Shown here piece after piece: positions 18,514 through 28,315 of a DNA stretch of 64,000 nucleotides; positions within the stretch are counted from its first letter, which is position 1, and the number at the start of each line of letters is the position of its first letter. The notes beneath the pieces were generated by a model. The model had not been told where the DNA came from and did no database searches. It was given only the letters and a program-made list of their open reading frames with translations. Origin of the DNA: a virus (lineage: Duplodnaviria > Caudoviricetes); IMG/VR virus record IMGVR_UViG_2934077722_000001, positions 3,484 to 67,483 of that record. One strand, written 5' to 3'. The position numbers and the translations under genes are program-made.

Positions 18514-21500
18514 CTCCCCGGCGTATCCGCCGCAACTCGAACATCGCGTCGTTCAATGCCTCTCCCGGAGTCATGGGGCGGGCGGTCATCGTGAGGTTGA
18601 GGTCACCGCCGACGATGGCGGCACTGACGGCCTGCGGGACGGAGGCGCGCGGTGCCGCCGGGCGAATGGTGCGGTTGAGGGCTACCGCGCCGTTGGCGAA
18701 CGGCGTGGCTCCGCGGACGTCGTCGGGGTAGTCAACCGTGCCGCCGAAGTAGTGGGCGACCTTGTCGAGGATCGCCGCGGACCGTGCTCGCTTCGACGGG
18801 GCGAGAGGGATGTACGCCTCGCCGGGGTAGGTCTCCGGCTCAGCCCACAGCCGCATCTCCCCGGCCTTCGCGATCTGCGCGACGTGCCGTTCGCTGCCGT
18901 TCGCGAACGACTTGATCTTGCTGCCCATCGCGCGGATGCCGCCCTGGGCGTAGCGGACGATGCCGCCATCAGCGTGCTCGGAGACGTACGGCTTGCCCTT
19001 GGTCGAGTATTCGACGGTGACATGGACTGTCTTGCCCGTGAGGCTGTTGATCTTCCGCTGGATCGCTTGAACTTGGGAGGAAGCCGACCCGGTGGGCGCC
19101 GTGATCTCGACCTTCTTGCCCTTGAGGGCCTTGACCTTGAACCCCAGGTCCTTGATCATCTGCTGCGCCGTCGCGGTGGGCGCTTCCATCTTCAGCTTCT
19201 TGCCGGGCGGCAGGCCCGCGACCCTGTCGCGGATCGCCTGGAGATCGCCGGCGGCCTTCCTGATGATGGCGTTGACCGTGACGTTCTTGCGGTTCGGAGC
19301 GTTCGCGATGTCCCGGGCAAGGGCAGCGATACTGACCCGGGCTCCTCCGGTCGGGGCAGTGATCTTCACGTTCTTGCCGCCAGGCAGGGACTGCACCTTG
19401 AAGCCGAGTGCTTCGAGCTGCTTCCTCGCTTCGGCCGTGGGCGCCTTGACGGTGATCGACCTTCCGCTGCCGAGACTGTCCAACTTGGCACGCAGCCCGA
19501 GGATCTGGGCTGTGGACTCCGGGATGCCCTTGGTCGTCATCAATGTGGTGACGGTGTCCGGGATGAAGCCCATCTGGTCGGCGAGGGCCTTCGCCTGTGT
19601 CTTCGGTATACCCATGTCCACAGCGAGCTGGATGGCCTTCGCACGGGCCCGCTCCATTGCGCTCTGTCCCTTGTCCATCGCTTCGGACATGGGCATCAGA
19701 CCCTGTTCCGCGGCCTCCTGCGATTTGGTAGCGACGGCGAGCATCGAGTCGCGCAGCTCGGTGAGTTGACCGTTCAGGGTCTGACCGTTGCGGCTGGCCG
19801 TGTTCACCAGCCCGTCGCTGTCAACCAGCGCCTTGCCCCAGCCCTGCGCGCGGTCGATATTGCCCTTCATCGTGTCGTCGATCTGGAGCAGGACGCTATT
19901 GAGCTGGGCGGTCGCGTCGTGGAACGACCCGGAGTTGCCGTTGAGGGCGTCGAGGGCACGCCGCAGGTTGTCGACCCGCTCGTCCGCGCTCTTGGTCTTG
20001 TCGCTGAACCCCTGGACCGCGGACTGGAGTCGATCGTATGCAGACGTGCCCGTGCTGGCTGTGCCGTTGACCGCCTCGTTGAAGTCCTTCGCTTTCGACT
20101 TCGACTTGTCGAGCTCGCCGTTCATCCCCCTCAGGGCGTCCGCGGCGGCCTTGTACTTCTCGCCCTGGGGCGTCATCTTCTTCACGTCGGCCTTGGGGCC
20201 GAGCGACACGTAGTGCTCGGTCTCCTTCGCGAGACCGCGCAGCTTCTTCTCCAGCCCGTCGATCGAGCCGCCCTGATCGAGGTACGCGTCCGTGACCTGC
20301 TTAAGGCTGACGTCGGCGCTGCGGAGGGTGTCGACGAGCTTGCCCTTGCCGTCGGAGAGCTTGACGTCCTGCAAATATTGGGCAGCCTGAGCCCTGACGT
20401 TCGCGTCGATCTGTCCGTTCGAGTCCGCGAGGGCTTGCGCCAAGGAGCTGATGCGCTCCTCGTGCGCGGCAGCCGCTCGGGCCGCGGCTTCCTGCTTCGC
20501 GGCGAGGAGCCCGAGCCCGATCGTCACACCGGCCATCGCGATACCGAGCGGACCGCCGAGCGCGGACACCATGCCACCCATGGCGCGCCGGGCCACCGTG
20601 TTCGCGGCCCCGATCCCACGCAACGTGCCGGTCAGGCGACCTCCTTCGGTGGCGGCACCTCGGTAGGCAAGGCCCATGCGCTGCCACACAGTGGCCTGCG
20701 GCCCGATCACTCCAGGCGAGAGGGTTCCCCGCATCACGGTGCCCAGCGACGTTGCCGAGCGCGCGGTCGCGGCCATCGACGTACCGAAGCCGCGCAACAT
20801 GGTCGACACCGCGGTGACGACCTTGAGTGCGAGCATCGTGCCGAGGAACACGGCCAGCACAGTGTTCGCGCCGGGGATTACGCCCATCAGAGAGTTGAAG
20901 ACGTGCAACAGCCCATTGAAGGCGGCCAGGAGGACGCCGAGTCCACTTCCGGCAGCCGACAAGTTCCCGATCGCGGTGGCCAGGTTGGAGACCAGGCTGA
21001 TCAGGGCAGGGCCGATCGAATGGCCGATGGTGTCGAAGAAAGACCCAAGCGCCGGCATCAGTTCCGTGCGGATCTGCCGGATCAGATTGGTGACGCCGTT
21101 GTCCTTCGCGGCCCGGCCCAGGCCACGGAAGAAGTCCCCGACCAGCCGGTTCAACTCATGGAAAGTCGGAGCCGCGTCGCTGAAAAACTGCCGCGTCGAC
21201 GCCTGGCCCTTAGCCGAGCTCGCCCACCGCTTGAAGCGGGCCATGGAGCCCTCGAACCCGTCGAGGAGGGCGTCCCCCGAGTCCTGAGCGGCCTTGCCGA
21301 CACCCCCGAGTCCCTTGACCAGGTCCCAGGTAGAGCGGCCGAGTTGTGCCGCCTTGTCCCCAGCGTGATCAAGGAAGCGTGTCAGGGATCCGGTCTCGCG
21401 CCCTGCCTGGACGGAGGCCCGCGCCCACTGAGTGAACCTTTCAGCACCGCGGCTGACCCGCTCGACGAAAGGGCCAGAGGCCACCACGAAGTCGAGGCTC

Positions 21501-22546
21501 GCATGCCCGAGATTGGCTAGCCCGTCGGTCATGTGCCCGATGGCCGTGCTGTTGGTGGACGCGATCTTCTTGAAGTCCCGGCGGAACGGGCCGGTCTGCA
21601 TGAACTGCGCGCCCCGCTTGGCCAGGTTGCCCATCTGGCCTGCGGTGTCGCCGAGAGAGTCCTCCAGGAGTGGCAGCACCGAGCCCGACAGGGGCTTTAT
21701 CTCGTCCGCGACCCGGGAGAAGAAACGTTCCTGCGCCGATTGGCGCATCTTGCGCCACGCGCCGCTCAGGGAGGCGACCGTCGTCACGCTTTTGCGGGCG
21801 GACGTGGACAGCCCTTCGAGGGACTGCGCCAGGGCTTGCTGCTGGGCCTTGGTCTGCTTGGCGCCGGAGGCGGTCTGCTGCTGGGCCTTGAGGGTCTGCT
21901 TCAGAGCCTCGCCGAACCCGCCAAAGGCCACCTTCGTGCCGATCGCCGCGGTGCCGGCCGCGGCGATCAGACCGGGTACCGCTCCGAGGACGCCGACGGC
22001 TGGCGCGGCGGCAGAGACGAGCGCGGTCAGGCCGGCGCCGTACTGGGTGAGCGCGGCGACGGCAGGCTGTGCGAGGGAGAGCAGAGAGCCGATGCCGAGC
22101 ATTCGCATCGACCCGCGGCCGCGCGGGAGCCGCATCTGCACCGGCACGTTGACCGGGGTGTGGTCGGCTTCGCCCTGCGCGCCGCGGATCAGGTCGCGGA
22201 CACCGGAGAGCAGGCCCCCGCTGCGGTTGTGGCTGTCGGAGTCGCCGTCAGGCCGGACGGGCACACGGACGTCCGTACCGGCGATGCGCCGCGCGACGTT
22301 GTCCAGCTCCGTGCGGAGCCGCTGGTCATCGACCTTGATCTTGACCTTCGCGGTGACGCCCTTCGACGCCTCTCTGACGGCGGTCTCGAGCTTCTTGCGC
22401 AGACCCTTCGAATCGACCTTGATCTTGACCTTGACAGCCAGGCCCTCGGCGGCCGTCTCGACCTTAGTGCGCAGTTCACGCGCGAACCCGGCGAGGTCGG
22501 CGACGACCGGCACGTCCAGGCGGCCAGCCTGCAGGCCCTCAGCCAC
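18494..22546 (-). CDS. Tape measure protein (~1350 aa)
   Basis: Long Ala/Gly-rich helical ORF after the chaperone genes; C-terminal HADGG, E.GEAYIPL and FANG motifs; GTG at 22546. Confidence 0.9.
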   Translation of the reverse strand: MAEGLQAGRLDVPVVADLAGFARELRTKVETAAEGLAVKVKIKVDSKGLRKKLETAVREASKGVTAKVKIKVDDQRLRTELDNVARRIAGTDVRVPVRPDGDSDSHNRSGGLLSGVRDLIRGAQGEADHTPVNVPVQMRLPRGRGSMRMLGIGSLLSLAQPAVAALTQYGAGLTALVSAAAPAVGVLGAVPGLIAAAGTAAIGTKVAFGGFGEALKQTLKAQQQTASGAKQTKAQQQALAQSLEGLSTSARKSVTTVASLSGAWRKMRQSAQERFFSRVADEIKPLSGSVLPLLEDSLGDTAGQMGNLAKRGAQFMQTGPFRRDFKKIASTNSTAIGHMTDGLANLGHASLDFVVASGPFVERVSRGAERFTQWARASVQAGRETGSLTRFLDHAGDKAAQLGRSTWDLVKGLGGVGKAAQDSGDALLDGFEGSMARFKRWASSAKGQASTRQFFSDAAPTFHELNRLVGDFFRGLGRAAKDNGVTNLIRQIRTELMPALGSFFDTIGHSIGPALISLVSNLATAIGNLSAAGSGLGVLLAAFNGLLHVFNSLMGVIPGANTVLAVFLGTMLALKVVTAVSTMLRGFGTSMAATARSATSLGTVMRGTLSPGVIGPQATVWQRMGLAYRGAATEGGRLTGTLRGIGAANTVARRAMGGMVSALGGPLGIAMAGVTIGLGLLAAKQEAAARAAAAHEERISSLAQALADSNGQIDANVRAQAAQYLQDVKLSDGKGKLVDTLRSADVSLKQVTDAYLDQGGSIDGLEKKLRGLAKETEHYVSLGPKADVKKMTPQGEKYKAAADALRGMNGELDKSKSKAKDFNEAVNGTASTGTSAYDRLQSAVQGFSDKTKSADERVDNLRRALDALNGNSGSFHDATAQLNSVLLQIDDTMKGNIDRAQGWGKALVDSDGLVNTASRNGQTLNGQLTELRDSMLAVATKSQEAAEQGLMPMSEAMDKGQSAMERARAKAIQLAVDMGIPKTQAKALADQMGFIPDTVTTLMTTKGIPESTAQILGLRAKLDSLGSGRSITVKAPTAEARKQLEALGFKVQSLPGGKNVKITAPTGGARVSIAALARDIANAPNRKNVTVNAIIRKAAGDLQAIRDRVAGLPPGKKLKMEAPTATAQQMIKDLGFKVKALKGKKVEITAPTGSASSQVQAIQRKINSLTGKTVHVTVEYSTKGKPYVSEHADGGIVRYAQGGIRAMGSKIKSFANGSERHVAQIAKAGEMRLWAEPETYPGEAYIPLAPSKRARSAAILDKVAHYFGGTVDYPDDVRGATPFANGAVALNRTIRPAAPRASVPQAVSAAIVGGDLNLTMTARPMTPGEALNDAMFELRRIRRGGAHVAG

Positions 22547-22970
22547 TGCGGACCATTCCTCTCTGCATCGCGGCCGCGAGCATCTGCCGGTGCCCCGTGA
22601 GCTTGGGGGCGGGCGGCGGCTGCGAATGCGCGCCGGGCCGCTGGGGAGCGGCGTCGGCGGGGTTGTACGGGCGAGGGATGGACGTCGGTGCTTCACGTCG
22701 CCGGTCGGCGGCCAGGATGCTGACCTCTTCGATCAGCTGAGCCAGGAGTTCCGTCTCCTTGGTCCACCCGTTGATCTGGGCGGACTGGACGCGCGAGTCC
22801 TCGGGGAGGCCGTCGATCAGGACGATCAGACGCCTCAGTCCGATGAAGCCGGGCTCTCCTGGCTGTCGCCAGATTCCTCGGGCGTCGAGCCCGTGGTGGA
22901 ATCGGCTGAGGTCGGACTCGACGTCTCCCCATCGCTCTCGGAGGAGTCGGCCAGTCCGAAGGACTTTCCC
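22539..22970 (-). CDS. Tail assembly chaperone gpT extension (-1 frameshift product)
   Basis: Open -1 frame from slippery GGGAAAG (22964-22970): GKVLRTGRLLRERWGDVESDLSRFHHGLD...LRRLIVLIDGLPEDSR...RSG*; no N-terminal start codon. Confidence 0.85.
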   Translation of the reverse strand, partial: GKVLRTGRLLRERWGDVESDLSRFHHGLDARGIWRQPGEPGFIGLRRLIVLIDGLPEDSRVQSAQINGWTKETELLAQLIEEVSILAADRRREAPTSIPRPYNPADAAPQRPGAHSQPPPAPKLTGHRQMLAAAMQRGMVRSG

Positions 22971-23356
22971 AGGTCAACCCCATAGACCTTGATCAGGCCC
23001 ACGGTGAGGCGGACGTACGCGGGGAGAGAGGGGCCCATGCTCTCGAACCGCTTGTACTCCTCCTCGCCGAGAAGGATGCGGTGCACCTCGTAGATCGCGT
23101 CAACGAACCGGCGTGGCAGCTTGGGGCGCTTGAAGATGAGGTCGATGACGATGGCAGCCGTCGGGTTCTCGCTGGCCTCGATGACGTCGCGGAGGAGGCC
23201 GACGAGGTCCAGTTCGTCGGACAGCAGCGGATCGAGCGCCTTGGCCGGCAGTTCGGCCGGGTAGATGAACTGTTCCTCGCGGTACTTGATCGGTATGCCG
23301 TTGGGGTACTGGACTTCCCGGCGTTCGGCGGCGTCGAGGTCGATGACGAAGGACAT
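22835..23356 (-). CDS. Tail assembly chaperone gpG
   Basis: Between major tail and tape measure; contains LGK encoded by CTG GGA AAG. Confidence 0.85.
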   Translation of the reverse strand: MSFVIDLDAAERREVQYPNGIPIKYREEQFIYPAELPAKALDPLLSDELDLVGLLRDVIEASENPTAAIVIDLIFKRPKLPRRFVDAIYEVHRILLGEEEYKRFESMGPSLPAYVRLTVGLIKVYGVDLGKSFGLADSSESDGETSSPTSADSTTGSTPEESGDSQESPASSD

Positions 23357-23410
23357 GAAGGCTGGCCTCTCGTGGGTGCGGGCTGAGTCGCGGGGTGCGG
23401 CAGCGCGCGG

Positions 23411-23447
23411 ACACTGGCAAGCCGGTAGGGCTTGTGTCGCGCGCTGC
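23411..23447 (-). promoter_or_regulatory. Late-promoter motif (chaperone)
   Basis: GCAGCGCGCGAC-ACAAG...19 nt...CAGTGT. Confidence 0.7.
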
Positions 23448-23456
23448 CGCGAGAGG

Positions 23457-24062
23457 TCAGCCGCCAGCCGGGGGCGCTACGACCGCCGGGGCGAACGACG
23501 GGTCGTCGGTGATGACGTACCAGGCGTCGGCGTCGTCGCCGCCCTGCACCGCCAGGCGCAGAGGCAGGACGGCTTCCTTCGTCTTGGCGAGTTCGGTGTT
23601 CACGCCCTCCATCTGCATGGAGCGCGGGACCATGTAGCGGTAGTGCTTGCCGCCGTCGATCACCTCGATGCACGCGGCGATCTCGGTGCGGCCGCCGATC
23701 CTGGGCGGGGTGAACTTGTAGTGCTTCTTGGAGTCCTGGGCGGTGACCTCGGCGATCTCGCCACCGCCGTACACGGCCTTGAAGTTCGCTCCGGACCACT
23801 GCTGAAGGTCGACCTCGATCGTCGACGCATCCTGCGTCTGGAAGGTGCGGGTCGGGTATGAGGACTGGGCGCTGCGGACCTGCTCGAAGTTCGGTTCGTT
23901 GTTGAACTTCAGTGAATCCTCGGTCGTGAGGCCGACGGCGCGCCAGCCCGTGGGCATCGCGACGGTGGCGTCGGCTGGCGCGGCGGTGCCGACTTGGGCG
24001 AGCCACACGCGGGTGAGCGAGGGTATGACGATTTCGTTGTTGTTGGCGGTCTCGCCTGCCAT
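23457..24062 (-). CDS. Major tail (tube) protein
   Basis: GWRAVGLTTEDS...VRSAQ pattern of actinophage tail tubes; synteny. Confidence 0.85.
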   Translation of the reverse strand: MAGETANNNEIVIPSLTRVWLAQVGTAAPADATVAMPTGWRAVGLTTEDSLKFNNEPNFEQVRSAQSSYPTRTFQTQDASTIEVDLQQWSGANFKAVYGGGEIAEVTAQDSKKHYKFTPPRIGGRTEIAACIEVIDGGKHYRYMVPRSMQMEGVNTELAKTKEAVLPLRLAVQGGDDADAWYVITDDPSFAPAVVAPPAGG

Positions 24063-24102
24063 GACGGGCTTCTCCCTGGGGGTCCGGTGATCGGGCCCCG
24101 GA

Positions 24103-24139
24103 ACCTTGGGGAGAGCAGGTGGCTAGCGTCGCGTGCTAC
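24103..24139 (-). promoter_or_regulatory. Late-promoter motif (major tail)
   Basis: GTAGCACGCGAC-GCTAG...19 nt...CAAGGT. Confidence 0.65.
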
Positions 24140-24143
24140 CGCC

Positions 24144-24866
24144 TCAACGGTCGACTCGCTTCCATAAAGGGGCCGACCCGCGACGTGGCAGACGCCGTGG
24201 TGCGTTGTGAAAGTCCAGCGTCAGGCCAGCTGCCAGGGTGCCGGTCAGGCTCTGCGCCCTCGCTGCGCGGGTAGGCGCGAATACCGCCGTTCCTGGCACG
24301 GGTTCACCTGCCAGGTGCCTATCTTGATCGCCGCAAGAGCCATCCGGACGGAGAGGGCTCACGCACTCGAACGCGACCAGAGCACTCTCGGCCATGCTCC
24401 CCATCCCTGGGCTATGCCGCTCGTATTCCTCCATGGCGCCCGCTACGGCTATGGGGTCTGATGGGTCGTCGAGCAGGACGAGAGTGCTGACCCCAGGGGA
24501 CCAAGCGGACGGAACGCCTAGATAGCCGATATAGCGATCGCATCGGTAGTCCTCTGGCGCGCAGTACGGGAGCCTGACCCCGAAGATCGTTGTGGGTGGC
24601 CTACGGCGGTAAGCAGCGAATGGCTCGTCCGCGGGCCCCTTCACGCCCTCAAGCGTGTTGCAGTTAGAGCAGAGCAGCCCTCGTACGAGTCCAGTGGTGT
24701 GATCGTGATCCACCACGCACGTGGCGGTTGCTACCCCGCATAACGCGCATCGGGTGCGCTGCCAGGCGATCAGCTTGCCCAGCGACGGCAGCTTCGGGTC
24801 GACACTTGTCGGCAACTTCCATTGGTGACAGGCGGGTTGGGCGGCAACAGGTGCAGCATCAGGCAT
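24144..24866 (-). CDS. Endonuclease VII domain protein (moron)
   Basis: CALCG...VDHDHTTGLVRGLLCSNCN motif; lower GC; two in-frame TTA codons. Confidence 0.8.
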   Translation of the reverse strand: MPDAAPVAAQPACHQWKLPTSVDPKLPSLGKLIAWQRTRCALCGVATATCVVDHDHTTGLVRGLLCSNCNTLEGVKGPADEPFAAYRRRPPTTIFGVRLPYCAPEDYRCDRYIGYLGVPSAWSPGVSTLVLLDDPSDPIAVAGAMEEYERHSPGMGSMAESALVAFECVSPLRPDGSCGDQDRHLAGEPVPGTAVFAPTRAARAQSLTGTLAAGLTLDFHNAPRRLPRRGSAPLWKRVDR

Positions 24867-24994
24867 AGGTCACCTTTACCAGCCAACACTGAGAGGGCGT
24901 TAAGTCCGTCAGTAACACGATCGAGCGATCACGAACCGAGAAGGATCAGACTTATCGCCCACTGATGGTGGGGCTGGCCGGGGGTGGCCGGCTC

Positions 24995-25117
24995 TCAGTC
25001 GTGGTGGTCGCTCAGGCGCGCGGTGCGGGTGATGCGGCTGCCGTCGAACAGCTCGATGACTTCGCGCGCCGACCTCTCCAGCAGGAACGGCACGTCATCA
25101 CTATCGTGGATCTTCAC
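24995..25117 (-). CDS. Small hypothetical peptide (40 aa) MKIHDSDDVPFLLERSAREVIELFDGSRITRTARLSDHHD
   Basis: Purine-rich RBS-like AAGGGA upstream, GTG start, GC3-rich codons. Confidence 0.4.
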   Translation of the reverse strand: MKIHDSDDVPFLLERSAREVIELFDGSRITRTARLSDHHD

Positions 25118-25340
25118 GACGGGTCCCCTTCCTTATCCGTCTTCTTCCGTCGCCGCGACCGGGGCTCTGCCAGGGTCAGCTCCGGCGGGTTCCACTCCTG
25201 TGTCCCCTTCTTGTTGGTGACGGCGCTTGTCCGGGCCCAGGGGACGGGGCGGTCGCACGCCGCCTGGATCGAGCGGCGGGCCGCGCGCACCGGTCCACTC
25301 CGGCGCGCGGCCCGCACCACCTTCGTGCTCGGTGGGCGAG

Positions 25341-26933
25341 TTACTCGATTCGGAACGCCTTCGGCGGCGTCTGGTTGCCGGCGTTGTCGTAGCCGACGGC
25401 GCAGTACGTCCACGGGCCTTCGGACGCGCTGAGGGTGACCGGGACACGCCGGTAGGGGTGGTAGCCCGAGAGGTCAGCGCAGTCGGTGGTGGCGGCCGGG
25501 CCGTACTTGATCTCGAAGTAGGTCAGCTCCCAGAGGTCGAAGACCGGGCGGACCCGGTAATCGGCACCACTGCCTTCACCGAATTTCTGGATGTCGAGGG
25601 AGGGCTCCACGGTCGGAGGGGTGTTGTCGATGCGCGCGTACGCGTAGCTGGGGTGGGTCAGGGAGGCGGTCCAGTCCGCGCCCTGGAAGGTGGCATCCGG
25701 GCCGCCCGCCGCGCACAGCACGTACAGGTTGTCCTGGGTCGGCAGGAGCCGGGCATAGTCGGCGCCGCCCTTGCCGAGCCGCTGCGGACGGCCGTAGCCC
25801 TGCGGGTTCGTGCAGTCGGTCGCGCCGAACGGGCCTGTCTTGAAAGCGACGTAGGACTGGTGGCCGCCCCCGCCTGCGGTGATATGGGCGTCCCAGCGGG
25901 CCGGTCCCTCGGGCGTGTGGCTCTGCGTCTCCGTGCCGCTGAACTGGACGTTGACCTGGATGCCGGGGTCCAAGCGGCAGCCGTTGCGGTGGAGGCGCAG
26001 GCCCATCCTGTCCAGGCAGGAGGCGACCGCGTCGACGGGCGTGACGTAGACGGAGTCGTCGGCCGGGACGACGAGTCCGTGTGCGCTGCCCTCGCAGGGG
26101 CGGCCCAGGCCGCAGCCCAGATAGCCGGGCGTGGCAACAGTGTTGATCAGGCCGACCAGCCGGTTGTCCGTGGCCGTGGTCACCGGGCCTCCGGACGAGC
26201 CGCCGCTGACGCCCCGGCAGTCGGTGCGGGCGAAGCCCTTCCACAGCCAGGTGTACTCGTGCACGGACACGTCCGAGCCGGTGACCTGGCAGCTGGACAG
26301 GCGCAGGAACCGCTCGTCATCCGGGACGCCGATGATGGGAGCGTGCGCCGCCTCCAGGCGCGTGCCCCGCGCGGGAGTGCCGGTGGGCGACAGGGTGCGC
26401 GGGGTGACATCCAGCTGCGCGAGGTCGCCGTAGGTGACTGACAGCCGCAGCACCGCGACGTCGGTGTCCTTCATCGTCGCGTACTCGACGCGCTCGACCC
26501 CGAACGTCTTGTGCTCGGCGGTGTTGTCGTGGAAGAACGCGGGGGTGAACGACCATCCCTCGGGCGCGGGCTGGTCGGCGACCACCTCGTTCGTGCCCAG
26601 GGTGTCCCTCACGCAGTGGCCGTTGGTCAGGACCAGCGCCTTCTGTGCCGGAGCAGGCTCGGCGGAGGCCGCGATGACCGTCGCGGTGCACGCCGTCCCG
26701 CCGCCTGGGCCCGCGAGGAGCCGGCCCGAGGAACGGAACTTGTGCCCCGCACCGGAACCGGCATCGATCAGCGGTGCCGCATGCCGCCCGGCCGGCCCTG
26801 CCGCGTACACCGGTGCCGCCCACAGCAGCCCGGCGGCAACCGCCCCGCCAACACAGGCAGCCAGCCCGGCACGCAGGCGCGCACCGGGCATTTTGGCGCG
26901 CGTGGCGCCAGCCCTACAAGTGGTGCCCTTCAC
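25341..26933 (-). CDS. Secreted trypsin-like (S1) serine protease
   Basis: Signal-like N-terminus; catalytic motifs TNGHC, DVAVL, GGSSGGP. Confidence 0.85.
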   Translation of the reverse strand: MKGTTCRAGATRAKMPGARLRAGLAACVGGAVAAGLLWAAPVYAAGPAGRHAAPLIDAGSGAGHKFRSSGRLLAGPGGGTACTATVIAASAEPAPAQKALVLTNGHCVRDTLGTNEVVADQPAPEGWSFTPAFFHDNTAEHKTFGVERVEYATMKDTDVAVLRLSVTYGDLAQLDVTPRTLSPTGTPARGTRLEAAHAPIIGVPDDERFLRLSSCQVTGSDVSVHEYTWLWKGFARTDCRGVSGGSSGGPVTTATDNRLVGLINTVATPGYLGCGLGRPCEGSAHGLVVPADDSVYVTPVDAVASCLDRMGLRLHRNGCRLDPGIQVNVQFSGTETQSHTPEGPARWDAHITAGGGGHQSYVAFKTGPFGATDCTNPQGYGRPQRLGKGGADYARLLPTQDNLYVLCAAGGPDATFQGADWTASLTHPSYAYARIDNTPPTVEPSLDIQKFGEGSGADYRVRPVFDLWELTYFEIKYGPAATTDCADLSGYHPYRRVPVTLSASEGPWTYCAVGYDNAGNQTPPKAFRIE

Positions 26934-27037
26934 GGCACTCCCTCTTCACGATCGGCGAATGATGCGCGCCGACTGTGGCAGAACGCCCCGCACGCCGCCA
27001 TGGCGACTGTGTGTTTTCGGTCAGTCACATAGAGTGA

Positions 27038-27424
27038 TTGGCGGAGGTGGGCGCTGCCGCCGGCGGGGGTGACCCTGTCGCGGCCGACGGTTTCGGCGGC
27101 GCGGCTCGACCAGGAGTCGATGACGATCGCGACAGCCTGCGGGGATCGGTCCATGCCCTTGTGGATGCGGCGCCGCGGCTGGTCGCGGAGCAGGTTGAAC
27201 GCCCCGCACCCGGCCCGCCCGAGACAGGCACCGCCTACCAGGCCATCGTGGACGCCTTCAACCAGTACCCCGGCCAGGTGTTCAGGGCTCGTGAGCTGCA
27301 CGAACTCCTCGGCATGCCCACCGACAAGACATTCGTCAACATCACCCGCAGCCGCCTCGGACGCCTCACCCGCCAAGGCTTCCTCACCCAGCCCGGACGA
27401 GGCCGCTACCAGAAGCGGACTTAA
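27038..27424 (+). pseudogene. Truncated wHTH ORF at the IS end
   Basis: FRARELHELLGMP...RSRLGRLTRQGFL..PGRGRY; stop codon lies inside the right IR; 5' part lacks a convincing start. Confidence 0.5.
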
Positions 27425-27493
27425 CGTCCTCTGACAGCGAGGTCTGAGCGGTCGGCTCGCCTGCTTCGTACGCGGGGGCGCGTGACCACTCCG

Positions 27494-27922
27494 CTATGGG
27501 TGCAGGGTGACCAACAGGCCGAGGAGCCAGCGCGGTTGGCCGTCGACGAGAGGTGACCAGAGGAGCGTGCCGGAGGGCCGGACGCCGCTGATGACGGGCT
27601 GCCCCGGCGTGTGGGGGGCGTCGGGTAGCTCGGTGGCGGCGGCCGCGCAGACGAGGATGATCCGCCGCAGCTCGGCTTGCCCCGGCCAGCCGCCGGGGTC
27701 GCCGTACACCTCCATGGTGACTTCGGGCTCCGTCGCCCAAGCCAGCGTGCGCATGTCCCCGCCGGGGCCATGGGTGATGCGCAGGTGCGGCCACGGCGCC
27801 TCGGCCATCCCGGACACGCGGCCGGGGCTGCCCAGAGCCTCGGCCGCGCGCGGGTGCTTCTGGAGCCAGGCGAGGAGCGCCGTGACCGGATCGGCGTCGG
27901 CGAGTGCGTATGTCGCAGCCAT
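27494..27922 (-). CDS. Tail terminator-like protein
   Basis: 142 aa, ATG at 27922; position before the major tail gene once insertions are removed. Confidence 0.65.
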   Translation of the reverse strand: MAATYALADADPVTALLAWLQKHPRAAEALGSPGRVSGMAEAPWPHLRITHGPGGDMRTLAWATEPEVTMEVYGDPGGWPGQAELRRIILVCAAAATELPDAPHTPGQPVISGVRPSGTLLWSPLVDGQPRWLLGLLVTLHP

Positions 27923-28128
27923 CAGGTGCGGGCGACGTAGCCCTGCCGGCGCAGGCGACGGGCGTAGTCGGTGGTCACACGGACCTTCGCGCCCGGCAAG
28001 TAGTCGGTGCCCTCGATACGGAGGTGGTTGGACAGCGTGATCGTCTCCATCGGTGTGCGAACGGCGTGGGCGGCCTCGGTGGCCGTGGCCTCCGGCTCCG
28101 TGGCCTTGGGGAGGTTCTTCGTAGTCAT
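27922..28128 (-). CDS. Small virion-associated hypothetical protein
   Basis: Leaderless ATG after the late motif; YLPGAKVRV...ARRLRRQGY. Confidence 0.65.
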   Translation of the reverse strand: MTTKNLPKATEPEATATEAAHAVRTPMETITLSNHLRIEGTDYLPGAKVRVTTDYARRLRRQGYVART

Positions 28129-28135
28129 GCCGCGC

Positions 28136-28171
28136 ACTCTGAGCAGTGAGCAAGCCTTACGTCGCGTGCTC
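28136..28171 (-). promoter_or_regulatory. Late-promoter motif (leaderless)
   Basis: GAGCACGCGAC-GTAAG...19 nt...CAGAGT, 7 nt, ATG. Confidence 0.7.
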
Positions 28172-28315
28172 GGGAGAGGGGCGTCTAGAAGTCGCCCCAG
28201 GTGGGGTGCTTTCTCGGCAAGACCCGCCTGACCTGCAATTTTTGTATGGGACGGCTGCGGGTCACCGCTTCCAGCGCTGCATGCTAGAAGTCAGCCGCCA
28301 GATGGCGCCTGATCT

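Larger units (their letters stand above)
24893..27431. mobile_element. Non-autonomous IS5(IS1031)-like element carrying passenger genes
   Basis: 16-bp terminal IRs GAGGGCGTTAAGTCCG / CGGACTTAACGTCCTC (15/16) flanked by a TGA direct repeat; no transposase inside. Confidence 0.75.

Noticed and set aside
18425-21520. 1031-aa plus-strand ORF and other long antisense ORFs (e.g. 42135-44651, 48942-51803, 54183-56507)
   Set aside because: High-GC shadow frames opposite well-supported genes; no recognisable motifs or RBS
13750-24062. Contractile injection system or tailocin
   Set aside because: No sheath or baseplate wedge genes; capsid, portal and a G-T chaperone indicate a siphovirus
27455-27503. 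5' half of a tRNA-Arg(ACG)-like sequence on the minus strand (GCACCCA-TA-GCG...CGC...GTACGAA loop)
   Set aside because: No T arm or 3' acceptor strand, it overlaps a stop codon and the anticodon stem has a mismatch; at most a remnant
28186-28292. CTAGAAGTC direct repeat
   Set aside because: Only two 9-bp copies with no associated element structure
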